Source of the DNA: Mobula hypostoma
Lineage: Eukaryota
NCBI RefSeq assembly: GCF_963921235.1
Contig: NC_086097.1
Location: 81,842,001-81,906,000 of the forward strand
Length of the DNA stretch: 64,000 nucleotides
Direction: 5' to 3'
The notes under the pieces are model-generated. The model had not been told where the DNA came from, ran no database searches, and worked only from the letters and a program-made list of their open reading frames with translations. Positions 13,689 to 25,670 of the stretch are shown one piece after another. The translations under genes were made by a program, and so were the position numbers. Position 1 is the first letter of the stretch. Each line of letters begins with the position of its first letter.

Positions 13689-15316
13689 CAGTGTCTATAA
13701 AAAGTATTCACCCTCCCTCTTGGAAGATTTCATGTTTTATTGTTCTATAACATTGAATCACAGTGAATTTAATTTGGCTTCTTTTGACACTGATCAACAG
13801 GAAAAGAATGTGTGCAAAGTAAAAACAGATCTCTACAAAGTGTTCTAAATTAATTACAATTATAAAACACATAATAATTGATTGCATAAGTATTCACCCC
13901 CTTCAAGTCAGTATTTAGTAGATGCACCTTTGGCAGCAATTACAGCCTTGAGTCTGTGTGGATAGGTCTCTATCGGCTTTGCACATCTGGACACTGCAAT
14001 TTTTCCACATTCTTCTTTACAAAACTGCTCATGCTCTGTCAGATTGCATATGGATTATAAGCGAACAGCCCTTTTCTAGTTCAGCCACAAATTCTTAATT
14101 GGATATGAAGTCTGGACTCTGACTTGGCCACTCCAGGTTGTTTTTAAGCTATTGCTGTGTAGCTTTGGCTTTATGCTTGGGGTCACGGACTTGCTGGAAA
14201 ACAAATCTTCTCCCAAGTCACAGTTACTCTTGCAGACTGTATCATGTTTTTCCCCAGGATTTCCCTGTATTTCGCTGAATTCATTTTACCCTTTACCTTC
14301 ACAAACCTTCCTGGACCTGCTGCAGTGAAGCATCCCCACAGCATGATGCAGCCACCACCATGCTTCATGGTAGGGATGGTGATGATGTGTGGAGTTTGAC
14401 TTGCACCAAACATTGCATTCACTCTGCTGGCCATAAAGCTCAATTTTTGTTTCATCTGACCATAGAAACTTCTTCCAGCTGACTTCAGAGTCTCCCACAT
14501 GCCTTCTGGCAAACTCTAGCTGAGATTTCATGTGAGTTTTTTTCCCCAACAGTGGCTTTCTCTTTGCCACTCTCCCATAAAGCTGTGACTGGTGAAGCAC
14601 CTGGGCAACAGTTGTTGTCTGCACAGTCTCTCCCATCTCAGCCACTGAAGCTTGTAACTCCTCCAGAGTTGTCATAGGTCTCTCGGTGGCCTCCCCCATC
14701 AGTCCTCTTCTGGCGCAGTCAGTCAGCTTTTAAGGACGGCCTGCTCTAGGCAGATTTATAGCTGTTTCATATTCTTTCAATTTCTTGATGATTGACTTAA
14801 CTGTACTCCAAGGGATATTCAGTGACTTGAAAATTATATTGTATCCATCTCCTGACTTGTGCTTTTCAATAACCTTTTTGCGGAGTTGCTTGGAGTATTC
14901 GCTTGTCTTCGTGGTGTAGTTTTTGCCAGGATACTGATTCACCAGCAGTTGGACCTTCCAGATGCAGGTGTTTTTTTTAACTACAATCAATTGAAACACC
15001 TTGACTACACACAAGTGATCTCCATTTAACTAATTATGTGACTTCTAAAACCATTTGGCTGCACCAGTGATGATTTGGTGTGTCATATTAAAGGGGGATG
15101 TATACTTATGCAATCAGTTATTTTGTGTTTTATATTTGTAATTAATTTAGATCACTTCGTAGAGATCTGTTTTCACTTTGATGTGGATGAATCTTCTTCT
15201 GTTGACCAGTGTCAAAAAAAAGCCAAAGTAAATCCACTGTGATTCAATGTTGTAAAACAATAAAACATGAAAACTTCCAAGGGGTGGGGGGAGGTGAATA
15301 CTTTTTATAGGCACTG
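13689..15316 (-). mobile_element. Full-length Tc1 DNA transposon of IR/DR type (Passport-like), 1628 bp
   Basis: Termini CAGTGTCTATAAAAAGTATTCA and TGAATACTTTTTATAGGCACTG. About 210-bp TIRs with an inner direct repeat (GCATAAGTATTCACCCC, ~13884-13900). TA on the left flank; the right flank reads AT. Confidence 0.95.
13908..14912 (-). pseudogene. Tc1 DD34E transposase pseudogene
   Basis: Start mutated to ACG, then KTSEYSKQLRKKVIEKHKSG...LPRAGRP; LYGRVAKRKPLL; LWSDETKIEL; PTMKHGGGCIMLWGCF; ends AVIAAKGASTKY*. Several frameshifts. Confidence 0.9.
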
Positions 15317-15369
15317 ATTATCAGATAGGACTTAAGGTTTTCTCTTGAGTTTAGAATGTTATGGGCAGC

Positions 15370-15665
15370 AAACCCAATACCTGCTTCTCAATGCTGTCAT
15401 CAAGGAGGTGGTATCAGAGCCTAAAGACACAAACTCAATGTTTTAGGAAACCATCTCTTCCCTCCACCTTTAGATTTCTGAATGGATAATGCTCCCATGT
15501 ACATTACCACACTTTTTTTTGCTCTCTTTTTGTTCTTCTTAGTTAATTTAATTACTGTATATATTGTAAATTATAGTTTTCTTTTATTATATATGTATTA
15601 TATTGCTGCCACAAAACAACTAGTTTCACAACATACACCAGTGATATTAAACCTGATTCTGAATC
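15370..15665 (+). mobile_element. Rex1/Babar 3' end fragment
   Basis: catcaaggaggtggtatcagagcctaaagacac... followed by 3' UTR ending aaacctgattctgaat, as at 53880-54196. Confidence 0.7.
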
Positions 15666-16033
15666 CTTGTGACAGGAAATTATGCCTATTTTCCTGACTA
15701 TGCTTTCTCAAGATACAATTACATTCCTCATCGCCTCCCACTCTTGAATGGTTCCCTGAACCACAGTGGGACCTTTATGTTGCTCATCCTTCATATAGCC
15801 TCAATTCTCATCCTCACAAGAAGCATGATTCTCAGTTGAAGACTCTCTTCTGGTACTACCCCCGGATGTCCCTACTGTCTTACTTGCAGCCAGACCCACT
15901 TGTCTCTGACCACAGACCAAATTTGAATCAGTTATTCCACTGTTTCCTGAAACAGTGTTCAGATAACACTGCACCTCCCTGATGTATCACAGACTTTGAA
16001 CCTTAGATTCCAGATTATCAATTTTGATCCTGA

Positions 16034-17282
16034 ACACAAAATAATCTGCAGATGCTGGGGTCAAAGCAACACTCACAACATGCTGGAGGAACTCAGCAGG
16101 TCGGGCAGCATCCGTGGAAAAAGATCGGTCGACATTTCGGGCCGGAACCCTTCGTCAGGACTGTAGGGGGAAGGGGCAGAGGCCCTATAAAGAAGGTGGG
16201 GGGAGGGTGGGAAGGAGAAGGCTGGTAGGTTCCAGGTGAAAAACCAGTAAGGGCAAAGATAAAGGGGTGGGGGAGGGGAGGCAGGGAGGTGATAGGCAGG
16301 AAAGGTGAAGAAGGAATAGGGGAAAACACAATGGGTAGTAGAAGGAGGCGAAACCATGAGGGAGGAGATAGGCAGCTGGGGGAGGGGGCAGAGTGACATA
16401 GGGATAGGGGAAGGGAGGGGGAGAGAATCACCGGAAGTTGGAGAATTCTATGTTCATACCAAGGGGCTGGAGGCTACCTAGACGGTATATGAGGTGTTGC
16501 TCCTCCAACCTGAGTTTAGCCTCATCATGGCAGTAGAGGAAGCCATGTATGGACAATCTGAATGGGAATGGGAAGCAGAGTTGAAGATATCTTTCCAAGT
16601 GAAGCAACACTTCACTTGTGAGTCTGTTGGGATCATCTATTGCATCCGGTGCTCCCGGTGCGGCTTCCTCTACATTGGTGAAACCCGATGCAGTTTGGGG
16701 GACCACTTCGTCGAGCACCTCTGCTCCGTCCGCCAAAACAGACAGGATCTCCCAGTGGCCACCCACTTCAGCTCTGCTTTCCACTCCCATTCAGATTGTC
16801 CATACATGGCTTCCTCTACTGCCATGACGAGGCTAAGCTCAGGTTGGAGGAGCAACACCTCATATACTATCTAGGTAGTCTCCAGCCCCTTGGTATGAAC
16901 ATAGAATTCTCCAACTTCTGGTAATTCCCTCCCCCTCCCTTCCCCTATCCCTATGTCACTCTGTCCCCTCCTCCAGCTGCCTATCACCTCCCTCATGGTT
17001 CCACCTCCTTCTACCACCCATTGTGTTTTCCCCTATTCCTTCTTCACCTTTCCTGCTTATCACCTCCCTGCCTCCCCTCCCCCACCCATTTATCTTTCCC
17101 CTTACTGGTTTTTCACCTGGAACCTACCAGCTTTCTCCTTCCCACCCTCCCCCCACCTTCTTTATAGGGCCTCTGCCCCTTCCCTCTACAGTCCTGACGA
17201 AGGGTTCTGGCCCAAAACGTTGACCGACATTTTCCACGGATGTTGCCCGACCTGCTGAGTTCCTCCAGCGTGTTGTGAGTGT
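16034..17282 (+). mobile_element. Penelope-like element (Neptune-type GIY-YIG 3' end) with a 5' inverted terminal repeat
   Basis: FTCESVGIIYCIRCSRCGFLYIGETR...FVEH...PVATHF (16590-16790). 16070-16585 is an inverted copy of ~16770-17280. TSD TTTGATCCTGA at 16023-16033 and 17286-17296. Confidence 0.9.
16127..16163 (-). ncRNA. Minimal type I hammerhead ribozyme motif (Penelope-associated)
   Basis: Minus strand GTC-CTGACGA-AGGGTTCCGGCCC-GAAA-TG-TC-GAC: core CUGANGA, GAAA and UH present; helix III palindrome has a CG>TG change. Confidence 0.7.
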
Positions 17283-18709
17283 AACTTTGATCCTGAGTTC
17301 CTCAAGTAAATAACACTAGCTGCAGATGTGGTTACCAGGAACCTCAATGGGCTCCACTAGCTCCATATCATGCAGCCATAACTCATTGCCTGATCTTCAC
17401 ATCCAAACATTATTTAATTAGTTGAAACGTGGTGTCTTCTTATTTAATTACTACGCTGTTGGTATTAGTCTCAGTACAAGCCTACTAAACAAATGGTCTG
17501 TCTTGAGTAATTTAAGGAGGATAGGTTATGGGTCTTAACAGGTCCTTTCTGAAGCCTCCTCCCTCCAAAACCACTTGAATGAAAGCCACTCTGACAATGA
17601 CAGATCCACTATAGCTGTGCCACTTGAACTTCCTTACCTTTTATTGACAGCAGCTACTCAGATAGCCAATTAATTATTCAACTAGGTTCTCTGTTTTAAG
17701 TCCTTCTCGCTCAAGCTCCTGTAAAATGAAACTCACTTGCAACAAGACTTATTGTTTTAACTCCTTCCCGCGAGAAACCAATGACTTGGGAAGTGATGGG
17801 AGAAAACTAGTAAATTAAGAAGGAAAATGTAGCTTGTCATCATTGAAAAATGACACCTTTGAGTGCTAATTTACATGTGCCTATTTGCTTTACATAATTA
17901 CACAGCTGTGAGAATTCACAGATGTATAAACACAGAATATGCTGTGATCAGCAATATAATAGGAATTTATAATCAAGACTGACACAATGATTATAATCAG
18001 TTTCAACTATCATCCATGGCAGGTGGTTGCTACACGTTCCTTTGTCCTGTTCTTTGGTCTTTGGCAATTCATTTCTCACTCTGCTTGACACATTTTATGA
18101 GGGCCAGAAATCCTTTAAGCACTCTCTAATAAGTGAAGAGAATTGTCACGTCTTGTGTCTTATCAAAGTGGAATGACTGCTGTCTTGACAATCACTTGAT
18201 TGGTGATTGACTGTTCGAAGCTCATATGCTGTGCACCTCATACTTAAACATGATAGATCCATAAAGATCTGTAAAGATTGCAAGAGGATTTGGGTGCAAG
18301 TGTACTTCTAATTATTTACAGCTCTGATGCAATTACATCTAGAATACCTTGTGGAGTCCCGATGAAGGGTTTCAGTCTGAAACATTAACAGTTCATTCCC
18401 TTTCAGAGACTTGCTGAATTCCTCCAGCACTTTGTGTGTGTTACTCAAGAGTTCCAGCATCCGCAATAATCTTTTTGACTGTGTGGATGTTTTATCTCTC
18501 AACCTCATGGTTGACATTTATCAACCGTGGGAATGAGTTCAAGAACCTTGAGGTAATGTTACAGTTACATAAGACCTTAGTTAGTCCCCAATTGGAGTAC
18601 TGTGTTCAGTTCTGGTCACCTCACTACAGGAAGGATGTGGATACTATAGAGAGAGTACAGAGAGATTTACAAGGATGCTGCCTGGATTGGAGGGTGAATC
18701 TTATGAGAT

Positions 18710-19123
18710 GCCGGGGTCAAGGATGTCTCTGATCGATTGCATGACATTCTGAAGTGGGAGGGTGATCGGCCAGATGTCGTGGTCCACATTGGTACCAGTG
18801 ACATAGCAAGGAAGAGTGAAGAGGTCCTGGAGAGTGAGTATAGAGAGCTTGGTAGGAAGTTGAAAAGCAGGACCTTGAGGGTGGTAATCTCAGGATTGCT
18901 ACCTGTGCTAGGTGCCAGTGAGGGTAGGAATAGGATGCTCTGGAGGAGGAACAAGTGGCTGAGGAACTGGTGTAGGGGGCAGGGTTTCAGTTTTCAGGAT
19001 AATTGGGACCTCTTCTGGTGCAGGTGGGACCTGTACAAGAGAGATGGGTTACACTTGAACTAGAGGGGGACCAATATCCTTTCAGGGAGGTTTGTTAATG
19101 CTATTGGGGGGGCTTTAAACTAG
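18710..19123 (+). pseudogene. CR1 ORF1 SGNH esterase domain fragment
   Basis: VVVHIGTSD (GxND block) and RDGLH (DxxH block); premature TAG at 19061-19063. Confidence 0.85.
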
Positions 19124-19245
19124 ATTTGCAGGGGGATGGGAACCACAGTACCAGAGCTGACAGTGTGGCTGGGGTGAAAATAAATGATGTTAAAAGTTCA
19201 AGCAAATCCACTAATAGAAAGGTTGTGAGTGGTGGTAAAAATCTT

Positions 19246-22050
19246 CTGAGGTGTATATATTTCAATGCTAGGAGTATTGTGGGGAAGGTGGATGAGTTGA
19301 GGGCGTGGATTGCCACGTGGAATTATGACGTTGTAGCAATTAGTGAAACTTGGCTACAGGAGGGGCAGGACTGGCAGCTTAATATTCCAGGGTCCGATGT
19401 TTCAGATGTGATCGAGGCAGAGGAATGAAAGGTGGAGGAGTGGCATTGCTTGTTAGGGAAAATATTACAGCAGTGCTTAGGCAGGACAGATTAGAGGGCT
19501 TGTCTACTGAGTCCTTGTGGGTGGAGCTGAGAAACAGGAAAGGTATGGCCACATTAGTGGGATTGTATTACAGACCACCCAATAGTCAAAGAGAATTGGA
19601 AGTGCAAATCTGCAGAGAGATAGCAGGCAACTGCAGGAAACATAAAGTTGTGGTGGAAGGGGATTTTAATTTTCCATATATTGATTGGGTCTCCCATACT
19701 GTTAGGGGTCTAGATGGTTTAGAGTTTGTAAAATGTGTTCAGGAAAGTTTTCTAAATCAATATATAGAGGGACCGACTAGAGGGGATGCAATATTGGATC
19801 TCCTGTTAGGAATCGAGTTAGGACAAGTGACAGAAGTCTGTGTAGGGGAGCACTTTGGTTCCAGTGATCATAACACCATTAGTTTCAACTTGATCATGGA
19901 CAAGGATAGATCTGGATCTAGGGTTGAGGTTCTTAACTGGAAGAAGGCCAAATTTGAAGAAATGAGAAAGGATCTAAAAAGCGTGAATTGGGATAGGTTG
20001 TTCTCTGGCATGGATGTGATCGGTAGGTGGGAAGCCTTCAAAGCAGAAATTTTGAGAGTGCAGAATTTGTATGTTCCTGTCAGGATTAAAGGCAAGGTGA
20101 ATAGGAATAAGGAACCTTGGTTCTCAAGGGATATTGCAACTCTGATAAAGAAGAAGAGGGAGTTGTATGACGTGTATAGGAAGCAGGGAGTAAATAAGGT
20201 GCTTGAGGAGTATAAGAAGTGCAAGAAAATACTTAAGAAAGAAATCAGGAGGGCTAAAAGAAGACATGAGGTTGCCTTGGCAGTCAAAGTGAAGGATAAT
20301 CCGAAGAGCTTTTACAGGTATATTAAGAGCAAAAGGATTGTAAGGGATAAAATTGGTCCTCTTGAAGATCAGAGTGGTCGGCTATGTGCAGAACCAAAGG
20401 AAATAGGGGAGATCTTAAATAGGTTTTTTGCGTCTGCGTTTACTAAGGAAACTGGCATGAAGTCTATGGAATTAAGGGAAACAAGTAGTGAGATCATGGA
20501 AACTGTACAGATCGAAAAGGAGGAGGTCCTTGCTGTCTTGAGGAAAATTAAAGTGGATAAATCCCCGGGACCTGACAGGGTGTTCCCTTGGACCTTGAAG
20601 GAAACTAGTGTTGAAATTGCAGGGGCCCTGGCTGAAATATTTAAAATGTTGCTGTCTACAGGTGAGGTACCGGAGGATTGGAGAGTGGCTCATGTTGTTC
20701 CGTTGTTTAAAAAAGGATCGAAAAGTAATCCGGGAAATTATAGGCCAGTAAGTTTAATGTCGGTAGTAGGTAAGTTATTGGAGGGAGTACTAAGAGACAG
20801 AATCTACAAGCATTTGGATAGACAGGGACTTATTAGGGAGAGTCAACATGGCTTTGTGCGTGGTAGGTCATGTTTGACCAATCTATTGGAGTTTTTCGAG
20901 GAGGTTACCAGGAAAGTGGATGAAGGGAAGGCAGTGGATATTGTCTACATGGACTTCAGTAAGGCCTTTGACAAGGTCGCACATGGGAGGTTAGTTAGGA
21001 AAATTCAGTCGCTAGGTATACATGGAGAGGTGGTAAATTGGATTAGACATTGGCTCGATGGAAGAAGCCAGAGAGTGGTGGTAGAGAATTGCTTCTCTGA
21101 GTGGAGGCCTGTGACTAGTGGTGTGACACAGGGATCAGTGCTGGGTCCATTGTTATTTGTCATCTATATCAATGATCTGGATGATAATGTGGTAAATTGG
21201 ATCAGCAAGTTTGCTGATGATACAAAGATTGGAGGTGTAGTAGACAGTGAGGAAGGTTTTCAGAGCCTGCAGACGGACTTGGACCAGCTGGAAAAATGGG
21301 CTAAAAAATGGCTGATGGAGTTTAATACTGACAAGTGTGAGGTATTGCACGTTGGAAGGACAAACCAACGTAGAACATATAGGGTTAATGGTAAGGCACT
21401 GAGGAGTGCAGTGGAACAGAGGGATCTGGGAATACAGATACAAAATTCCCTAAAAATGGCGTCACAGGTAGATAGGGTCGTAAAGAGAGCTTTTGGTACA
21501 TTGGCCTTTATTAATCAAAGTATTGAGTATAAGAGCTGGAATGTTATGATGAGGTTGTATAAGGCATTGGTGAGGCCGAATCTGGAGTATTGTGTTCAGT
21601 TTTGGTCACCAAATTACAGGAAGGATATAAATAAGGTTGAAAGAGTGCAGAGAAGGTTTACAAGGATGTTGCCGGGACTTGAGAAACTCAGTTACAGAGA
21701 AAGGTTGAATAGGTTGGGACTTTATTCCCTGGAGCATAGAAGAATGAGGGGAGATTTGATAGAGGTATATAAAATTATGATGGGTATAGATAGAGTGAAT
21801 GCAAGCAGGCTTTTTCCACTGAGGCAAGGGGAGAAAAAAACCAGAGGACATGGGTTTAGGGTGAGGGGTTAAAAGTTTAAAGGGAACATTAGGGGGGGCT
21901 TCTTCACACAGAGAGTGGTGGGAGTATGGAATGAGCTGCCAGATGAGGTGGTAAATGCGGGTTCTTTTTTAACATTTAAGAATAAATTGGACAGATACAT
22001 GGATGGGAGGTGTATGGAGGGATGTGGTCCGTGTGCAGGTCAGTGGGACT
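19246..22050 (+). pseudogene. CR1 ORF2 (APE endonuclease plus reverse transcriptase); 815 aa open from 19425 to 21872
   Basis: YFNARSI, ISETW, GDFN and SSDH endonuclease motifs; QHGF, DFSKAFD, QGSVLGP and FADD RT motifs. One frameshift near 19390 and a premature stop at 21870-21872. Confidence 0.95.
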
Positions 22051-22904
22051 AGGCAGAAAATGGTTCGGCACAGCCAAGAAGGGCCAAAAGGCCTGTTTCT
22101 GTGCTGTAGTTTCTATGGTTTCTAATAGGTTCAGCATACTTGGCCTTTTCTCCCTGGAATGATGGTGAATGAGGTGTATAAGATGATGAGGGGCATTGAT
22201 TGTGTGGATAGTCAGAGGCTTTTTCTCAGGGCTGAAAAGGCTAACACGAGAGGGCACAGTTTTAAGGTGCTTGGAAATAGGTACCGAGGAGATGTCAGGG
22301 GAAAGTTTTTCACACTGAGAATGGTGGGTGCGTGGAATGCACTGCCAGTGGCAGTGATGGAAGTGGTTTACAACAGGGTCTTTTAAGAACCTCTTAGATA
22401 GGTACATGGAGCTTAGAAAAATAGAGGGCTATGTGGTAGGGAAATTCTAGACAATCTCCAGAGTAGGTTACATGGTCAGCACAACATTGTGGGCAGAAGG
22501 GCCTGTAATGTGCTGTAAATTTCTATGTTCTATGTTTTTAATCTAAAGGATATACTTGCAATGTAGAGAATTCAGAGATGTTATTGAATTGATTCCTGGA
22601 GCGGCAAGTATATTGTTTGAGAAAAGTTTACCAACAGTCATGGCCAATAACATCTTGAATTAAGAAGACTGTGAAGTTATTTCTTAGAGATGTACAACAT
22701 TTTTACAGGGCTTGACTGGGTAGATGCAGAGAAGACCCTAAAATAAGGACTCAACTGTTCAGAACAGAGATGAAAAGAAATTACTTCATTCCTGAGCTTA
22801 GTGAATCTTTGGACTTCTCAACACTAGAGAGCAGTGATTCACATGAAGGCAGAGATCCAACATAAAATCTGTGAACTGAAGAACAGATGATGGACGGAGA
22901 GAGC

Positions 22905-23160
22905 ACAGCAGGCCTCCTGTCCCATGATCCTCTCATATCCCTTTTGCCTATCACCTGTCCAGCTCTTGGCTCCATCCCTCCCCCTCCTGTCTTCTCCCAT
23001 TATTTTGGATCTCCCCCTCCCCCTCCCACTTTCAAATCCCTTACTCACTCTTCCTTCAGTTAGTCCTGACGAAGGGTCTCGGCCTGAAACGTCGACTGTA
23101 CCTCTTCCTAGAGATGCTGCCTGGCCTGCTGCGTTCACCAGCAACTTTTATGTGTGTAAC
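22905..23160 (+). mobile_element. Penelope-derived 3' repeat carrying a hammerhead motif
   Basis: Pyrimidine-rich pLTR, hammerhead, then the tail gatgctgcctggcctgctgcgttcaccagcaacttt. Confidence 0.8.
23062..23097 (+). ncRNA. Minimal type I hammerhead ribozyme motif, intact core
   Basis: AGTC-CTGACGA-AGG(GTCTCGG)CCT-GAAA-CG-TC-GACT; helix I AGTC/GACT; palindromic ACGT helix III. Confidence 0.8.
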
Positions 23161-23199
23161 ATGAGGCTGAAGAGCTTTAAATATTCACAGTATCATCAC

Positions 23200-24665
23200 C
23201 CGCAATTGGGAAGGGAAGGAGATTCCGCGGGTCCTGAGAGATGCTGCAATCATGGCCATCTTTAAGAAAAGAGACAAATCTGGTAACCAGAAATGACTCT
23301 GGTAACTATAATGAAGTCTCTGTTCTGCATGCCACAGAAAAAGTCATCACAGGGTCCTTCTCAACTATCTTCTCTCTATGGCCAATGAGTTTCTCCCCGA
23401 AATATTATATAGAAATGGTCCTGGCTGTGCAGCAACTTAAATAAAACTGCAGGGTGCAATACTTAGACTTTTTTGATGTTAACAAAACCTTTGATTCTAT
23501 TTAACTGAAATATGGAACATTGTCCTCAGACTTGACTGCCGACAGAAATTTATCTCCATCTTACACTTGTTCATGCAAGCTGAAGTATTAACCAGGATTA
23601 ACAGAAGCACAATCGTGAAGACTAGCATCAAACACTGCCCCAGCAGTTTTCTCAGTATTTCTCGCTGTAATGTTAAATCTCATCTCCACATGGGTAACCT
23701 AAGGAGAAACTGTTCAATCTGCACTGACTACCCTCCAGAATCAAGTTATCGCAAACTAAAGAGCTGAGCTGCAGCCTGCACATAACACTTGGGTTTGTGC
23801 AAACTCATAGTCTGAACTTCTTGCCATCGTCAATACTTTCCCTTAAGCATGTGAGGATTAACTTTACACTCATCGTCTGCAAGACCAACCTGTCGTACAG
23901 TGTGCCCCAACTGTAAAGATCCTGGTAACACGATGGAAAATTTTGACCACTTCCCATATCTCAGGATCCACCTCACAACAAAAATACGCAGGGATGATGA
24001 AGCTGACGTTTGCCAGAAGAGCATTTGGTTGATTGAGGGAAAGGGTGGTAGTTGTAGATTAGGATCTTGGACCTGGCATACAGCACACAATCTCTTGGGC
24101 AGCAGAGATCCCCACCTTTCCATAGATAGGCAGAAGCATTTCATCTCTGCAAAATCATCCATGTTGTTGTAAGGATAAGCAAAGGAACTTCAATGTCCTC
24201 TTCCAGACCATCATCACTAGCACCAAGACAAAGTTACATTCAATAAAATTAGCAAGTTGCATCGGTCACATATCCAACACTTAATTCCCAAAACAAACAC
24301 TATATTCCAAGCTCTATTATGAGAAGAGATTACCAGATGGACAGAAGATTCAAGGATACGTTCAAAGCATCCCTGAAGAAATATAGTGTCCTTACTGGTT
24401 GCTGGGATCCTCTAGCCCTTGATTGCTTGGAACGGAGAAGGAGCACATAGGGGCAAGCTTTTTGATCACATGAATGTCTCAAGTAAGTAGAGGAGAAAGA
24501 AGACCACTTCACAAACTATTCGCCTTCTCACTTCATCATCTTCCTCTTGCTCCATCTGTGGAGGTCTGCACTTTCCATATTGGTCTCATTAGCCAACTTA
24601 AAACCCAGACAATGGAGTGGAGTGGAAGCTAGTCATACATGATCCTGAATGAATGCCTAGGAAGA
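23200..24665 (+). mobile_element. Highly degraded RTE-clade LINE
   Basis: LRDAAIMAIFKKRDKS-like segment, ENFDHFPYL and a C-terminal HIGLIS segment, consistent with RTE ORFs. Confidence 0.65.
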
Positions 24666-25019
24666 TTTTCTGAAATGTAAACTGACTATGGCTGGCAAGC
24701 TACTGAATGGCAGAATGGAATATAATCATTCGGGATATCAGCATAGCCTGGTAGCAAAGAGAGAGAGACAAACTGACAGGATTTATTCTAACGGCATGCT
24801 GTTGTGCACCAATTGCCACCAAACCACTATCAGTGCATTAATACACTGCAGTAGTATGTTCCATAACTCAAACCATGAGGCACCTCATCGAATTTACAGA
24901 GTAATAACAAACAAAATTCAAAAGATGTTAGTAAAATTCACTCCATTGCACTGCAAATAAACTATATAGACAACAACTCTTAAAAAGTTTTGAAAATCAT
25001 TCTGTGGAACCAACTCCAG

Positions 25020-25670
25020 CATCACGTGACCAGTTTCCACATTGGCTCATCCAACCACACCCATGAATGAAGCCCTATTTTGAAACTGCTTAGAGAATCT
25101 GTTCAAAATCCTCCCACCCTGATGGCATGAATATTGATTTCTCCTTCTACAAAACACATTCTGCCCCCTGTTCCTCTATTTCACACTCTGACCTTCCACT
25201 TCTTCTCATCTGCCTATTATATCCCCCTGGATCCCCTCCTCCTTCCTTTTCTCTGAGTGTCCACTCCCCTCTCCTATCAGATTCTTTCTTCTCCAGCCCT
25301 TGATCTTTCACACCCAACTGGTTTCACCTAGCCTCTTTCCCCTCTCCACCAATTTTTTTTTAAACTGGCATCTTCCCCCTTCCTTCTCAGTCCTGAAGAA
25401 CAGCCTCGGCTCGAAACATGGACTGTTTACTCTTTTCCATAGATGCTGTCTGACTTGCTGAGTTCTTCCAGCATTTTTTGTGTGTTGCTTTGGATTTGCA
25501 GCATCTACAGACTTTCTTGTGTTTGTATTCAAAATCTGGTCTGGCTCTAACAGGCCAAGTGAAACTTATATACGTTATACGCAATGTGCTGGAGCAGCTC
25601 AGCAGGTCAGGCAGCATCTATGGATGGGACTAAACAGTTGATGTTTCGGGCGAGACCCATCATCAGGATT
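25020..25670 (+). mobile_element. Degraded Penelope-like 3' end, with an opposite-strand short copy at 25580-25670
   Basis: Colinear with 16760-17280; decayed hammerheads at ~25389-25425 (+) and ~25636-25670 (-). Confidence 0.7.

Larger units (their letters stand above)
18707..22124 (+). mobile_element. Young 5'-truncated CR1 LINE (esterase ORF1 3' part, ORF2, 3' UTR)
   Basis: Contiguous esterase-APE-RT order; 3' tail GTTTCTATGGTTTCT. Confidence 0.95.
18505..22535 (+). mobile_element. Older CR1 3' fragment (18505-18706 and 22125-22535) hosting a younger CR1
   Basis: LEYCVQFWSPHYRKD at ~18590. Host sequence ...cttatgag|aataggtt... rejoins across the insert; tail ttctatgttctatg at ~22520. Confidence 0.8.

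Noticed and set aside
16494..16874. GIY-YIG ORF as a homing endonuclease or repair gene
   Set aside because: Context (pLTR, hammerhead, TSD) identifies it as a Penelope endonuclease fragment.
17700..18050. AT-rich stretch resembling a conserved enhancer
   Set aside because: Cannot be supported without cross-species alignment.
19425..21872. 815-aa ORF as an intact protein-coding gene
   Set aside because: It is CR1 ORF2 lacking the APE N-terminus (frameshift) and ending at a premature stop.
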